From assembly GCA_038523235.1 (NCBI GenBank), contig JBCBJQ010000004.1, positions 1-64,000 on the forward strand: a stretch of DNA of 64,000 nt, read 5' to 3'. Source of the stretch: Cyanobacteria bacterium J06626_4. Its GTDB lineage: Bacteria > Cyanobacteriota > Cyanobacteriia > Phormidesmidales > Phormidesmidaceae. The position numbers and the translations under genes are program-made. Below the pieces are notes generated by a model that made no database searches, had not been told where the DNA came from, and saw only the letters and a program-made list of their open reading frames with translations. This document shows, in pieces, positions 10,397 through 20,897 of the stretch. Numbering within the stretch: position 1 is the first letter of the stretch; each line of letters starts with the position of its first letter.

Positions 10397-11095
10397 TTAC
10401 AGATAAATCATGTAGTCTTGGCTGAGATAGAGGGCACGCTCAGCATTGCGTCGCCGTTCGAGGCCGGCGAGCTTTTGCCCCCCGGCAAACACCCACCGTA
10501 AAAACTCATCGGCTGCTCCCACAAAATCGCCCGCATTGTGTTTGCGCAAGAGGGTCGAGTCTTCCAAGGCTCCGACTCCGACATTGAAGGCAAAAGACAC
10601 CATCGCCGAAAACTGATCGGCGGTGGTCGCGATCGCCAGCGCGGCATCAACGCCCCGCTCAAACACCTTTAAGTCTTGCTGCAAGATGCGTTCGGCTTCC
10701 GCTTCGGAAATCTGCAAGCCTGGCGTCACCGTGGGCGGGCCAGCCATCGAGGTATGGCCATACCCGATCGTCCAAATGCCGACAGAATCTTGATAGGCGG
10801 TCAGTTCTAAACCTTCAAAGCTTTCGATAATCAACAGGCCATCATCGTTAATTTGACCCGTGGCCGTGGGTGGGGGCGCGGTCGACGCTGGGGGCGGTTC
10901 GGCATAGCCTGTCCCCAGGGAAAACACCATCGCTGTCGGCGCATCTGTCCGCATCATCCAGGCGGCCATCGCGACGACATCTAACACCTGCTCTTGGGGA
11001 TTGTTCGAGGAAGGCGACTTGTCGATGCGATCGATCCAATAGCCGCCATCCATTAGATAAATGGCCGCGTCGGTTTCTTTAATCCAGGTACCCAT
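10397..11095 (-). CDS. GH24 (phage-type) lysozyme with an N-terminal extension domain
   Basis: E-x8-D-x5-T catalytic motif (FEGLELTAYQDSVGIWTIGYGHT), FAFNVG, GLERRRNAERALYL; RBS GGAGA. Confidence 0.9.
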   Translation of the reverse strand: MGTWIKETDAAIYLMDGGYWIDRIDKSPSSNNPQEQVLDVVAMAAWMMRTDAPTAMVFSLGTGYAEPPPASTAPPPTATGQINDDGLLIIESFEGLELTAYQDSVGIWTIGYGHTSMAGPPTVTPGLQISEAEAERILQQDLKVFERGVDAALAIATTADQFSAMVSFAFNVGVGALEDSTLLRKHNAGDFVGAADEFLRWVFAGGQKLAGLERRRNAERALYLSQDYMIYL

Positions 11096-11110
11096 GATTA
11101 GTTCTCCGGT

Positions 11111-12679
11111 TTAGTAGCCATAATCCCAACGGGCGCGATAACCGCGCATATCAATATGGGTGAAAACGGTCGAACTCGCTAAGCCGCCACGACTGCCCCA
11201 CCACGGGTCTAAATCGGCATACACATCATAGGGATGGATGCCTGGGATGACGAAATCGACGGCATCACCGGTGATGTGGCGAGACTGCGATGCGCCCCCA
11301 ATGGCGGCGTTGGTGGCCGGGTCACGATACCAAGAGTTGATCCGCATCGGTTGGTTATAGCGCCGTCGAATGTCTTCCAGCACGCTGGCGATTTCTAAAA
11401 TGTTGTAGACGACGCTCGCACTGGCGGGGCGACGATAGAACCCGGTGGCGGGTTCAACGTGCAGGGCTTCGCCCCAGGTGAAATTGCCGCGCTCGCCATA
11501 TTGCGTTTCTCGGTAGATGGGGTCGTTGGCATAGTAAGTCCCGGCAAAACCAGGAAACTGCAGGGGAATGCCGCGATCGCTAGATTCGGGAAGGGCTTTA
11601 CGAGGCGGTTCATCTTCTGGCTGATTGCCAATTTCGGTACCGCTGATCGTCACATCGGGCACGAAGCAATACCAGGTATTGCGGCTTTGGGCCCCGAGAA
11701 ACGCCCCCTGCAAGGAGACCCGCACATGCAAGTTGGCGGGCTGCGCGTAGGAATTGACCAAGAACACCGTCTTATTTTTGATGAAAACCTTATCGTCGTC
11801 CGCCAGCTCCACCGACTGCACAGGCCGATGCTTGAACAACGTATCGCTGACCACCTGCAGCGTCTGACGCTGGCCTTGAATTTTGATGTCGGGCGCAAAC
11901 GCATACCAAACGGCCGTTTTGTCAGCGCCTAATGTCGCATCAGCGAGTTCCACTTTGGTGTGGTTGCCCGCCGCGGGGGTAAACGAGAGCAGCTTAAACT
12001 GGCTGCCATTTTTGACAAACTGTTTAGCGGCGGGAGGCAAATCGATCGACAGCTTCGGCTCTTGCTTAAACAGCGTGTCGCTGACTACGGTCAGGGTGGT
12101 ATCGGTGAGCAGCTCAATGCTAGGGGCAAACACATACCAGCTAGTGGTTTGGCGATCGCCCAGCGTCGGCGTTAGCAGTTCCACCAGCCAATGGTTGCTG
12201 CCCACATCGGTGTAGTACTCAATATCAAAAACAGTGCCGCTTTCGACCAGCACCTTTTCTTTATCGGTGAGCTGGCTAGAGTCTTTGAGCGACAGCTTAA
12301 AAAAGGTATCGATCAGGGTGCGAATCTGCATGCCGCCGTGGCTGGATGGAATCGATTGGTCGCCCCCGGGCCGCTCGGGGACAACCGGTAAAGGTTCCGG
12401 AGGCATCGGTGTTTCAGGCTCAGGCGGCGCCACCATCGGGGGCGGCACGGATACCGACGATGCGTCGTCAATCGGCTGGGGTTCGGGGGCGTCAATGCCC
12501 ACAGAAACCGTCATGCGTTGGGGCTTATCATCCCGCTGAAACCAGGCTTTCAAGGCTTCAATATTGGCGACCTGCTCTTGCGGGTTCGTTAAAGACGGAC
12601 GCTTGAGCACGGCATCAATATATTGTCCACCGTCCATTAAATAAACGGCTTGGTCGGTTTCCTTGATCCAGGTGCCCAT
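11111..12679 (-). CDS. Peptidase M15A (D-Ala-D-Ala carboxypeptidase family) with an N-terminal domain and three internal repeats
   Basis: SWYRD..TNAAIGGASQSRHITGDAVDF...FTHID zinc-ligand motif; three repeats of about 77 aa; RBS GAGGAGA. Confidence 0.88.
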   Translation of the reverse strand: MGTWIKETDQAVYLMDGGQYIDAVLKRPSLTNPQEQVANIEALKAWFQRDDKPQRMTVSVGIDAPEPQPIDDASSVSVPPPMVAPPEPETPMPPEPLPVVPERPGGDQSIPSSHGGMQIRTLIDTFFKLSLKDSSQLTDKEKVLVESGTVFDIEYYTDVGSNHWLVELLTPTLGDRQTTSWYVFAPSIELLTDTTLTVVSDTLFKQEPKLSIDLPPAAKQFVKNGSQFKLLSFTPAAGNHTKVELADATLGADKTAVWYAFAPDIKIQGQRQTLQVVSDTLFKHRPVQSVELADDDKVFIKNKTVFLVNSYAQPANLHVRVSLQGAFLGAQSRNTWYCFVPDVTISGTEIGNQPEDEPPRKALPESSDRGIPLQFPGFAGTYYANDPIYRETQYGERGNFTWGEALHVEPATGFYRRPASASVVYNILEIASVLEDIRRRYNQPMRINSWYRDPATNAAIGGASQSRHITGDAVDFVIPGIHPYDVYADLDPWWGSRGGLASSTVFTHIDMRGYRARWDYGY

Positions 12680-12915
12680 GATGGTCGTCTCCTCGCTCTG
12701 GCTGTCTCACGCGATCGCGGCAGAGCGTTTGAGCCATCGGGCGCAACTGAACGACTGGCGGTTGATGAGACTGTCCTATTATGTCGCCGCCGAGCCAAAG
12801 CAGAACCTTTCCGGCTGAATTATCTGAAAATTCTCACCGTTAGGCGCAATTTTGCCCGGTTTTTGACCCGGTGAGACCTCGTCACCCAGCGGTCGGCGTT
12901 AATGGGTGACGCAAC

Positions 12916-13305
12916 TTACACAACAGCGATGCATTCAATCTCAACTCGCACATCTTTGGGTAGGCGGGCGACTTCCACACAGGCCCGCGCTGGGGCACTG
13001 GCTTCATCAAAATATTGGGCGTAGACAGCGTTCATTGCCGCAAAGTCATTCATGTCTTTGAGAAAGACCGACGTCTTTACTACGGAGGCTAGGGTTGCGC
13101 CCCCCGCTTCTAGAATTGCGATCAGGTTGGTGATCGCCTGCTCGGTTTGAGCGGCGATGTCATCCCCGCCGACCAGCTGCCCGGTTTGCGGATCGAGGGG
13201 AATTTGCCCAGCGACAAACATCATTGACCCGGTGGCGACGATCGCCTGGTTGTAGGGGCCAACGGGCGCGGGAGCCTGATCGGTTTGAATGATTTGGCGA
13301 TTCAT
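12916..13305 (-). CDS. ridA: RidA family reactive-intermediate deaminase
   Basis: [42 protein letters not shown]; probable start MNRQ at 13305. Confidence 0.92.
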   Translation of the reverse strand: MNRQIIQTDQAPAPVGPYNQAIVATGSMMFVAGQIPLDPQTGQLVGGDDIAAQTEQAITNLIAILEAGGATLASVVKTSVFLKDMNDFAAMNAVYAQYFDEASAPARACVEVARLPKDVRVEIECIAVV

Positions 13306-13433
13306 AAAAGAGGTGCGTGATGGGGCTGGCATGAGTAACTTGCCAACCAGCATCTTACCGTGGCCCGACAACGGCTTGAGCGATCGCCGATAGGTTCTCC
13401 GGGCGGGTGCTGCGGTCCAGGGCAGATGGGGAC

Positions 13434-14777
13434 TTAAACCGCCGCCAAGCTGCTGACGGCTGACACCGCAACTGTCGGTGATGGCAACAGCGGCTCGGCC
13501 ACAGCCTCTGGGGTCTCAGCAATCCCGCTGCTCGCCGACTCTAGGTCCACCGGCGCAATGTCTATCGCAGCCTGACTCACTGTTGCCGTTTCAACATTGT
13601 CTGACGCTAGTTCACTCCCTGGCAGGTCTGTCGGCGGCGCTGCTGGCAAGGCCGGATCTACAGGCTCGGGGGCAAAGGTCACCAGCAGGTCATCATCTGG
13701 AGTGCCCACACTAAAGGTATTGACCGTCGCATAGGGGGTACCGGTTAGCGGATCAATCGCCACGTCTCTAAAGCTACTGGCCGGATACCCCAAAGATTCG
13801 ACCGCAATGATTTGGTCTAAATTGGCGCTGATGCCCACTAAAGCCCCTTCGCCGTGAATACCAAAGGCCTCTGAGCCAACCGAATTAGTGGCGATGTAAA
13901 AATTACCCGCCGCGTCCGTGGTCAACCCCTGACTATGGAGATCAATGCCGTCAAAAATAACTGGCACCTCCTCAGGACTGAACCCGTCGTTGACATTCAT
14001 ATCTGCCCCAAAGGCCACCATCACATCCAGCGGCTGCAATTGTGTCGAGATCGCATCCGGCGTGGCGATCGGCAGCGTTGTCAGCACGATGCCTTGGTCA
14101 TTAACGGCAATTCCCCGCGACAGGCGGGGCGATGGTGACGCTGCGGGTAACGCCTCCGCACTGGATGCCAGAATCACCTTGGCTTCGGTAAAACCCACGC
14201 CCACGTCAAGCTCTAGGCGCGTCACAAAAGGAGTTGTCTGCCCTTCGGCATAGCCGGTGACAAAGAACTGTACGGTGTCTTCGTCAACCACGCGCACGTC
14301 AATATCGCCAAAGGAGGCTAGTTGCGGCTGAAGCAGCCCACCAAAATCACTGACCTCGCCGGTGGCGACGTCATAAATCGCCGACGTGTCAAATGCAAAC
14401 CGAGAAATATCGATCGCCCCAATGGGGTCGAGCGTATCTGGATTCAACAGCGCCAAGCCACCGTTGGGCGCAAACAGCACGAGGCTATCCAGTTCTGGTA
14501 AAAAATCTAACCGAGGACTGGCAAACGTCGCCCCCGTGAGGGAGAGCTGATTAACGACGGCTCCGTTGCGATCGAGTTTGATAATGGTCGGGTCAGTATC
14601 GGGAGATCCCGGTAACGAAGCGGGCGGTCGCAATGTGCTGAGATAAAGATTGCCTTCCGGATCAAAGGCCACACCCTCGGGAGAGGTCAGGGTGTCGAAA
14701 ATCAGATCTGGCATGGTAAATACATCCGTAAAATCGATGTCTATTCTGGATGTTAGTCGGTTTCCTTCAGCGGTCAC
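13434..14777 (-). CDS. Acidic hypothetical protein, probable beta-propeller (NHL/SMP-30-like blades)
   Basis: [36 protein letters not shown] and DVAIDPLTG blade-like motifs; low-complexity C-terminus; start may be 14714. Confidence 0.6.
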   Translation of the reverse strand: MTAEGNRLTSRIDIDFTDVFTMPDLIFDTLTSPEGVAFDPEGNLYLSTLRPPASLPGSPDTDPTIIKLDRNGAVVNQLSLTGATFASPRLDFLPELDSLVLFAPNGGLALLNPDTLDPIGAIDISRFAFDTSAIYDVATGEVSDFGGLLQPQLASFGDIDVRVVDEDTVQFFVTGYAEGQTTPFVTRLELDVGVGFTEAKVILASSAEALPAASPSPRLSRGIAVNDQGIVLTTLPIATPDAISTQLQPLDVMVAFGADMNVNDGFSPEEVPVIFDGIDLHSQGLTTDAAGNFYIATNSVGSEAFGIHGEGALVGISANLDQIIAVESLGYPASSFRDVAIDPLTGTPYATVNTFSVGTPDDDLLVTFAPEPVDPALPAAPPTDLPGSELASDNVETATVSQAAIDIAPVDLESASSGIAETPEAVAEPLLPSPTVAVSAVSSLAAV

Positions 14778-15150
14778 ACCGTAGGGCAGGCATCCTGTGA
14801 TACCGGCTGCTACTGCGGCGATTAGGCGAAAAATAGAGTAAGCGCGATCGCGCCTAATCCGTTGAAATCGCCCAAAATCGTCTATTTTTGATGGATGTTT
14901 GCCGATGCATTTCCTCGACTAAAAGCAGATGCTTGACAGTATTACTGTTGGGTCTTGTTGACGTTCTATACCCAAATCAATCAAAATCGAGCGCTCCAGC
15001 GCCGCCGTTTCCGCCGCCGCATCGTTTCTGGTCGATTCGTTCGGCTCCGTCTGTGAGCCTGTAACATTCCCACTCATTCTTTTTGCCCTAATTTCCATCT
15101 CGTCCTATGGTGAAGGGGCCAAAACCCATCACCCTCAAACGTTTAGAAAC

Positions 15151-16452
15151 ATGAACAGCGCCACGTTAAGACGGCATCTGAGCCACAGCCTCACCCTTGG
15201 CCTCAGTCTGTCCCTTTTGGCCGCCTGTGACGGCAATCAGCAATCAACCGACGATCCCGGCGAAGCGGGCGCGGGCAGCGTCACCGTGTTGGGCGTCGTC
15301 GTGGGCGAACAGCAAGAAAAACTCGAAGCCGCCTTTGCCGCCTTTGAAGCCGAAACTGGCATTGACGTCATTTACGAAGGCACCGATGCCTTTGCCACGC
15401 TGCTGCCGGTGCGCGTGGAATCAGGGGATGCTCCAGACCTGGCTATGTTTCCTCAGCCAGGCTTGATGGCTGACTTCGCCGCCTCCGGCCAGCTCATCCC
15501 CATCACCAACTTTATGGACATGAGCACCCTAGAAGCCGCCTATCCGGAAGATTGGCTCACCCTGGGCAGCGTCGATGGCGAGTTGTATGGCGTCTGGTTT
15601 CGAGCGTCGGTCAAAAGCCTGGTTTGGTATAACCCGCAAGCCTTTGAAGCCCAAGGCTACAGCCTCCCTACCACCTGGGACGAGATGATCGCCCTCAGCG
15701 ACCAAATTGTGGCAGACGGCGCGACGCCTTGGTGTTTAGGGATGGAAAGTGGCGATGCCACTGGCTGGGTCGGCACCGACTGGGTGGAAGACATTATGCT
15801 CAGAACCGCTGGCCCAGCGGTCTATGACCAGTGGATTACCCATGACATCACCTTTGATGCCCCCCCGGTGCAAGCAGCCTTTGAACAATTTGGCGATATT
15901 GTGCTGAATCCTGACTACGTGTCGGGGGGGACCGTGGGGGCCATTAGTACGCCCTTTGGCGACTCAATTTTAGGGCTGTTTGGCGACTCACCCCGCTGTT
16001 ATCTACATCGTCAGGCTAATTTTATTGCCAGTTTCTTACCCGAAGACGCTGTGCCAGGTGAAACGATAGCGGTCTTTCCGTTGCCGGGTATCAATGCCGA
16101 GTTTGGCACTCCGGTATTAGTGTCGGGTGACGTTTTTGGCATGTTTAATGACACGCCAGAAGCTCAGGCCCTGATGGAATATCTGACGACACCGACGGCC
16201 CACGAAGCCTGGGCTGCCCTGGGCGGCTTCATCTCACCTCACAATGACGTGGGATTAGACGTGTACCCCGATGAGGTCGCGCGGCAGCAGGCAGAGATTT
16301 TGGCCAACGCAGAGATTGTGCGCTTTGACGCGTCGGATATGATGCCCGGCGTAGTGGGCACAGGCACTTTCTGGAGCGGCATTGTTGACTATGTCGGCGG
16401 TGAAGATGTCGAGAGCGTGCTCGCTGATATTGAGTCAAGCTGGCCTGAATAA
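15151..16452 (+). CDS. ABC transporter sugar-binding lipoprotein (alpha-glucoside/glucosylglycerol, GgtB/AglE-like)
   Basis: Lipobox LLAAC; PDLAMFPQPGL, KSLVWYN, PWCLGMESGDATGWVGTDWVED, RFDASDMMP. Confidence 0.85.
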   Translation: MNSATLRRHLSHSLTLGLSLSLLAACDGNQQSTDDPGEAGAGSVTVLGVVVGEQQEKLEAAFAAFEAETGIDVIYEGTDAFATLLPVRVESGDAPDLAMFPQPGLMADFAASGQLIPITNFMDMSTLEAAYPEDWLTLGSVDGELYGVWFRASVKSLVWYNPQAFEAQGYSLPTTWDEMIALSDQIVADGATPWCLGMESGDATGWVGTDWVEDIMLRTAGPAVYDQWITHDITFDAPPVQAAFEQFGDIVLNPDYVSGGTVGAISTPFGDSILGLFGDSPRCYLHRQANFIASFLPEDAVPGETIAVFPLPGINAEFGTPVLVSGDVFGMFNDTPEAQALMEYLTTPTAHEAWAALGGFISPHNDVGLDVYPDEVARQQAEILANAEIVRFDASDMMPGVVGTGTFWSGIVDYVGGEDVESVLADIESSWPE

Positions 16453-16509
16453 TCAGGTGTATTGCTAACGCAAGTCCCCGGTACGCTATTTTCAAGCAAA
16501 TCCTTAAAG

Positions 16510-16550
16510 ACAAGTAGGGGACATTGGCCAAGCCAATGTCCCCTACTTGT
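16510..16550. terminator. Perfect 19-bp stem hairpin between convergent genes
   Basis: ACAAGTAGGGGACATTGGC-CAA-GCCAATGTCCCCTACTTGT, between the sugar-binding gene and cpcD. Confidence 0.7.
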
Positions 16551-16611
16551 TCGCCAACGATCGCGATTCACCCTGAAAGTTATTGACGGTGAATCGCTTT
16601 AATCAACGAGA

Positions 16612-16866
16612 TTATTCCTCAGCTTCAGCTGAGACCTCAGGACTGTTAAGGGGACGAATGTTGACAATCTCCCCGCCCAGCTTGGTGATCCGTCGCATCA
16701 CTTCATTCATGCGATGAAAGGGCACCTGCATCTGTTGGCGATCGCTGCTACGAATCGCAAACTGTTGACTATCAGTGACTTCGTTTTGGGCTAGCCCAGT
16801 CACCTCATACACAAAAATTCGACTGTCGATACTTGAGGCTTGACTCGTTGCATACTGTCCTAACAT
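16612..16866 (-). CDS. cpcD: Phycocyanin rod-capping linker CpcD
   Basis: MLGQ...RIFVYEVTGL...VPFHRMNEVMRRITKLGGEIVNIRP; RBS AGGAGG; 84 aa. Confidence 0.92.
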   Translation of the reverse strand: MLGQYATSQASSIDSRIFVYEVTGLAQNEVTDSQQFAIRSSDRQQMQVPFHRMNEVMRRITKLGGEIVNIRPLNSPEVSAEAEE

Positions 16867-16921
16867 GGCTGCTACCTCCTTTTGGATAAATCGAGTTAGA
16901 TGAGCTGAACCGTTAACAGTG

Positions 16922-17794
16922 TCAAGCTGGGGTAATGCTGGAGACCCGGCCCCCAGTTTTATTGATTTGCTGCAGCGTTTTAGAGAGGGCTTCGTAGGGT
17001 ACGACCAACACTCGGTTAGTGCGACGAATTCTGGGATAGCCCAGTGAGCGACCACCAGCGACCTCAAGGCGATAAAGCTGGCCGCGCTCTGCGGTTGAGG
17101 TGGGCCGGCCAAAGACACGAGTCGAGACGTAGCCTTTCTTCGGCGCTTGATAAGCCCAGCCTTGATTGTCGACACCGGAAGGTGGGATGACAGCAGACGA
17201 GCTGCCCATCGCTAATTCTGCCGCGAGACGAGACTGGCTACCAGCGATTTGAGCGCGATCGCTGTTGGCATAGCCCCGATATAAACTAAACATCCGGGTA
17301 AAGCCAACCGTTTTTTGACCGGTCTGAGTATTGAATCCCCGATAGTAAGGAGCGATGTTGTCACCGAACTGGTTTTCATACTCTGCCGAATCAATGTAAG
17401 AATCGATATCGGCCTCAAACCCTTGGTTTTCGTAGCGATCAAGGTGCTCAACGACTTCTGCTTCATCATAGGGAGCCCGCCCTAAGAGATGCTTGAAATT
17501 CAATTCGATGACGCGGGTCTGAAAGTTGGGATATAAAAACTTGGTTTTGTACAAATCTGATTTGGCTACTGCGCGCACAAAATCTCTCACGGATATGCTG
17601 CCATTTGTGAGCAGTGACTCTAATTCAGTTAGGCGCTCCGACCGCATCAAATAATCGTTACCTAAAACCTGTCGATAGACCGCATAGATCACTGCTTCAG
17701 CATCACTCGATGATGCTTTGGGACGCAATTCTACCGGGCTTTGCTCAGCAAATGGGGTGGTGCCTAAACGGGCAGCTGTTACGGTAATCGCCAC
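16922..17794 (-). CDS. cpcC: Phycocyanin-associated rod linker (CpcC1/CpcI type)
   Basis: GTG start after [35 protein letters not shown]-terminal CpcD-like domain. Confidence 0.92.
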   Translation of the reverse strand: MAITVTAARLGTTPFAEQSPVELRPKASSSDAEAVIYAVYRQVLGNDYLMRSERLTELESLLTNGSISVRDFVRAVAKSDLYKTKFLYPNFQTRVIELNFKHLLGRAPYDEAEVVEHLDRYENQGFEADIDSYIDSAEYENQFGDNIAPYYRGFNTQTGQKTVGFTRMFSLYRGYANSDRAQIAGSQSRLAAELAMGSSSAVIPPSGVDNQGWAYQAPKKGYVSTRVFGRPTSTAERGQLYRLEVAGGRSLGYPRIRRTNRVLVVPYEALSKTLQQINKTGGRVSSITPA

Positions 17795-17982
17795 AGGTTC
17801 ATCTCCTTGGATTATATGGATTTTATAAGTGCGGGGTTGGCGCAAAAATAGCGTGCCAATCGCAGAGATTGAGCACGGCTAAACCCCCGACAGAGAATTT
17901 TCAACAGAAAACTTTCTATTCTGAGCATACTATTTGACGTGCAGCGCTCTGAGTTGGGGATACAAATTGAGATTTTTAGCGA

Positions 17983-18033
17983 TCCCTGATGCCGATATCG
18001 TGGCATTGACTGCATTGATATCGGCATCAGGGA
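17983..18033. other. Intergenic stem-loop inside the cpc operon (RNA stability or processing element)
   Basis: 17-bp perfect inverted repeat TCCCTGATGCCGATATC / GATATCGGCATCAGGGA between the two linker genes. Confidence 0.6.
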
Positions 18034-18063
18034 GCATTTTAAGGCCGAAACCGTTGAGAATAT

Positions 18064-18882
18064 CTAGGCCGAAGTGATGTTGACAATCCGGCTACCCCGT
18101 TGGTTAAGACGTTGCAAGGTGGGCGACAACTGCTCGTAGCTGACGACGTACTCTTGAACGCTGCGGCGAATTTGGGGAGTGCGCCCGCTAGCGCCTTGAG
18201 AAACGCGAATGCGATACATTTGTTCGCGATTTCCCCCGGTTGTCCCCAGCAGTTCTTTGCTCAAAGTGGAGGTTCTTAAGGGGCTAGCCGTGTTGCGAGC
18301 CAGATCTTCAGTGAGGCAGCCTTTCTTATGATTGACCCGAGCGCGATCGCTGCTGGCATACCCCCGATAGAGCTGAAACATTCTGACAAAACCGACGGTC
18401 TTTTGGCTTCTTTGGGTTGCAAACCCCCGATAGTAGGGGACGATTTGATCGCCAAAGTTCTCTTGGTATTCGGCTGAGTCGAGATAGCTATTAATTTCTG
18501 CTTCGTAGCCGTGCTCGACATAGCGATTCACATGCTCAGAAATTTCCGCTTCATCATAGGGAGCGCGCCCGAGTAGATGCTTAAAGTTGAGCTCAATAAA
18601 TCGCACCTGCGGCGTGCTGTAGAAGAACTTTTGTTTGTACAACTCCGAGAGGGCAACAGCCCGCACAAAATCACGCACTTTAATATGACCATGGGTGAGC
18701 ATCGACTCGGCGCTGGTAAGGCGCTCGGCCTGCATCACATGGTCATTGCCTAAGACCTGACGATAGGTGGCCCAAATCGCCGCTTGAATATCGTCGTCAG
18801 TGGCGTGCGATCGCAATTCGGTGGGAGAGGCTTCAACAAAGGGTTCAAATCCTAGCTGGGTAGCTGACATAGTGCTGGTCAT
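18064..18882 (-). CDS. cpcC2: Phycocyanin-associated rod linker (CpcC2/CpcH type)
   Basis: [59 protein letters not shown]. Confidence 0.9.
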   Translation of the reverse strand: MTSTMSATQLGFEPFVEASPTELRSHATDDDIQAAIWATYRQVLGNDHVMQAERLTSAESMLTHGHIKVRDFVRAVALSELYKQKFFYSTPQVRFIELNFKHLLGRAPYDEAEISEHVNRYVEHGYEAEINSYLDSAEYQENFGDQIVPYYRGFATQRSQKTVGFVRMFQLYRGYASSDRARVNHKKGCLTEDLARNTASPLRTSTLSKELLGTTGGNREQMYRIRVSQGASGRTPQIRRSVQEYVVSYEQLSPTLQRLNQRGSRIVNITSA

Positions 18883-19175
18883 AGAGGCGTCCTCAAATCG
18901 ACATCAATGAATTAAAGGGAAATGGCCTATGACGTTCACGCGCTAATCCCCTTAAGGAAAAAGGTGCGGGCGGCCACAGGCGAGTTAAGAGCGGTGGGTT
19001 ATAGTCCCCGGAGCGGGAGTTGTGAGCGATGGCGAAGCGCTGACCCACTCGACACGAGTTTATTGTCAGAGCAATCAAAAATGGGGCTCGATCAAGGCAA
19101 CCCGAAGCCGGTTCACCGCTTAGCATCAGGGCGATTGCCAAGGGGGCGCACTGGCCTCGGGCGTTAATCGTAGGC

Positions 19176-19664
19176 TTAGCTCAAAGCATTGATGGCATAG
19201 TCAAGGTAAGAGTTGGCCTCAACCGCGGCATCGCCACTCAAGCCGTGGTTAGCTTTGATATGGCGCAGTGCTTCGACATACCAGCTAGGCGATAGCTCAA
19301 AGGTGCTATTGATTTCAGCGATGCCAGAAATCAGGTAGTCATCCATGGGGCCAGTGCCACCGGCAATCAGGCAGTAGGTCACCATCCGTAGGTAATAGCC
19401 AATATCGCGACTGCACTTAGCTTTGCCTTCTGCGGTCGAGGCATAGTTATTGCCCTGCATTTGAGTTGTGTAGGGAAACTTTTGGTAAACGGATTGAGCG
19501 GCTCCGTTCACCAAACTATCGGCATTTTGGCTCAGGGCTTTAGCCGCAGCCAAGCCTGCTTCGGCCTGGCGAAAACGACCAAAGGCCACCTGAAGTTCGG
19601 TACTACTGAGGAAACGACCTTGGGAATCGGCGGCAGCAACCGCTTCAGTCATGGGGGTTTTCAT
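19176..19664 (-). CDS. cpcA: C-phycocyanin alpha subunit
   Basis: [20 protein letters not shown], chromophore Cys84 (KCSRDI); 162 aa. Confidence 0.98.
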   Translation of the reverse strand: MKTPMTEAVAAADSQGRFLSSTELQVAFGRFRQAEAGLAAAKALSQNADSLVNGAAQSVYQKFPYTTQMQGNNYASTAEGKAKCSRDIGYYLRMVTYCLIAGGTGPMDDYLISGIAEINSTFELSPSWYVEALRHIKANHGLSGDAAVEANSYLDYAINALS

Positions 19665-19717
19665 GGGAACTAATATCTCTAAAGGGTTTACAAAAAGGAC
19701 ATCAACCAGCGCGAGAC

Positions 19718-20236
19718 CTAGCTCACCGCCGCCGCCGCTCGATCAAAATAGCTGCCGAGTTCTGCCATGAGGGAACTACAGTCGCCTTGGGTAATGCCTT
19801 CTCGATTGTTGGCAATCGCGATGGCGGCAGCCTTCATTTTCTCTACCCCTGCCGCCACAGAAGTCCCAGGAACGCCCAGGGCCACATAGGTTTCGCGGAG
19901 ACCATTCAAACAGCGATCGTCCATCACACTGCCATCGCCGACAAACACGGCATAGGTGACATAGCGCAAAATAATTTCCATATCGCGCAGGCAGGCCGCC
20001 ATCCGACGGCTCGTGTAAGCGTTGCCGCCCGGCGCGATGAGTTGGGGTTGCTCGGCAAACAAAGCCCGAGCCGCATCCGCCACAATGGCAGAGGTGTTGC
20101 CCGTCAGTCGATTCACCACATCCACACGCTTATTGCCCTCAGCAACAAACTGGGTTAAGGCACTAAGTTGGTCATCACTGACGTATTGTCCCCGCGCATC
20201 GGCTTGGGAAACGACTTTTGTAAAAGCGTCAAGCAT
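19718..20236 (-). CDS. cpcB: C-phycocyanin beta subunit
   Basis: [22 protein letters not shown], Cys82 (RMAACLRD), Cys153 (GDCSSL); RBS TAGGAGA; 172 aa. Confidence 0.98.
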   Translation of the reverse strand: MLDAFTKVVSQADARGQYVSDDQLSALTQFVAEGNKRVDVVNRLTGNTSAIVADAARALFAEQPQLIAPGGNAYTSRRMAACLRDMEIILRYVTYAVFVGDGSVMDDRCLNGLRETYVALGVPGTSVAAGVEKMKAAAIAIANNREGITQGDCSSLMAELGSYFDRAAAAVS

Positions 20237-20534
20237 GAAATAATCTCCTATCTCTAAACACACAATCAAATCAGATCCAAACGGCAAGCTTTGTTGCCAA
20301 CCAAGCCTCAACAGTTCATAAAAAAACTTCTCTGAAGAGAGGGGAGAGCAATCCTCTCCTCAGAGAAAACTCGTTCTGTTGAGAACGTCAATTTTTCAAC
20401 AAAGTTCAAATCTTGCAGGGCGGCCTATCATCGCTGATTAACCGGCCAGTTTATGAGATAACTGAGCCCCAGCAGTAAAACCGTAAACTATCAGGGCTCA
20501 GGCCTTTTGGACTTCTTCATTTAATCAATTCAGT

Positions 20535-20552
20535 TGTGCAGATCCTGTGCAC
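20535..20552 (-). promoter_or_regulatory. L-box-like direct repeat (putative RcaC site), proximal
   Basis: Minus strand GTGCACA-GGAT-CTGCACA versus the L-box consensus TTGCACA-N4-TTGCACA; upstream of cpcB. Confidence 0.65.
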
Positions 20553-20852
20553 AGGCTTGTATCTAACTAGTTACAATTGCCGAATCCTTTACAGAAAAAG
20601 CCTTCCGTAGATTTGCGAAGGTGGCGGTTAATCTGAGAAGACTTCATATTTCATTACAGTTGCCTCGTTGGGCGTCTCTTTGACTTAACCAAGCCGCATC
20701 GTTTACCGGTAGCGATCCGCCCACTCTGACCCAAAAGCCTGTTCTAAAATGCATCGTTTCAATTGCCGCTGCTAATTGGCGAATGAGGGGATGCTGTTGT
20801 TTGCACAAGGTAGAGGAATCAGCTCGAACTATGATGCGTTAAAGTCCTCAAG

Positions 20853-20897
20853 ATTTTAACTGTCACCTTGTCTGACCCTTGTGCAAATCCTGTGCAG
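20853..20897 (-). promoter_or_regulatory. L-box-like direct repeat (distal) with a downstream -10 element
   Basis: Minus strand CTGCACA-GGAT-TTGCACA (20897-20880), followed 21 nt later by TAAAAT (20858-20853), facing cpcB. Confidence 0.7.

Noticed and set aside
10397..12679. Prophage lysis cassette
   Set aside because: No holin, spanin, integrase or structural genes; HIP1 content and composition look host-like
16867..17175. N-terminally extended CpcD (187 aa in the ORF track)
   Set aside because: Extension overlaps the cpcC coding region; a strong RBS supports the start at 16866
20559..20574. NtcA site in the cpcB promoter
   Set aside because: GTA-N10-TAC spacing, not the required N8
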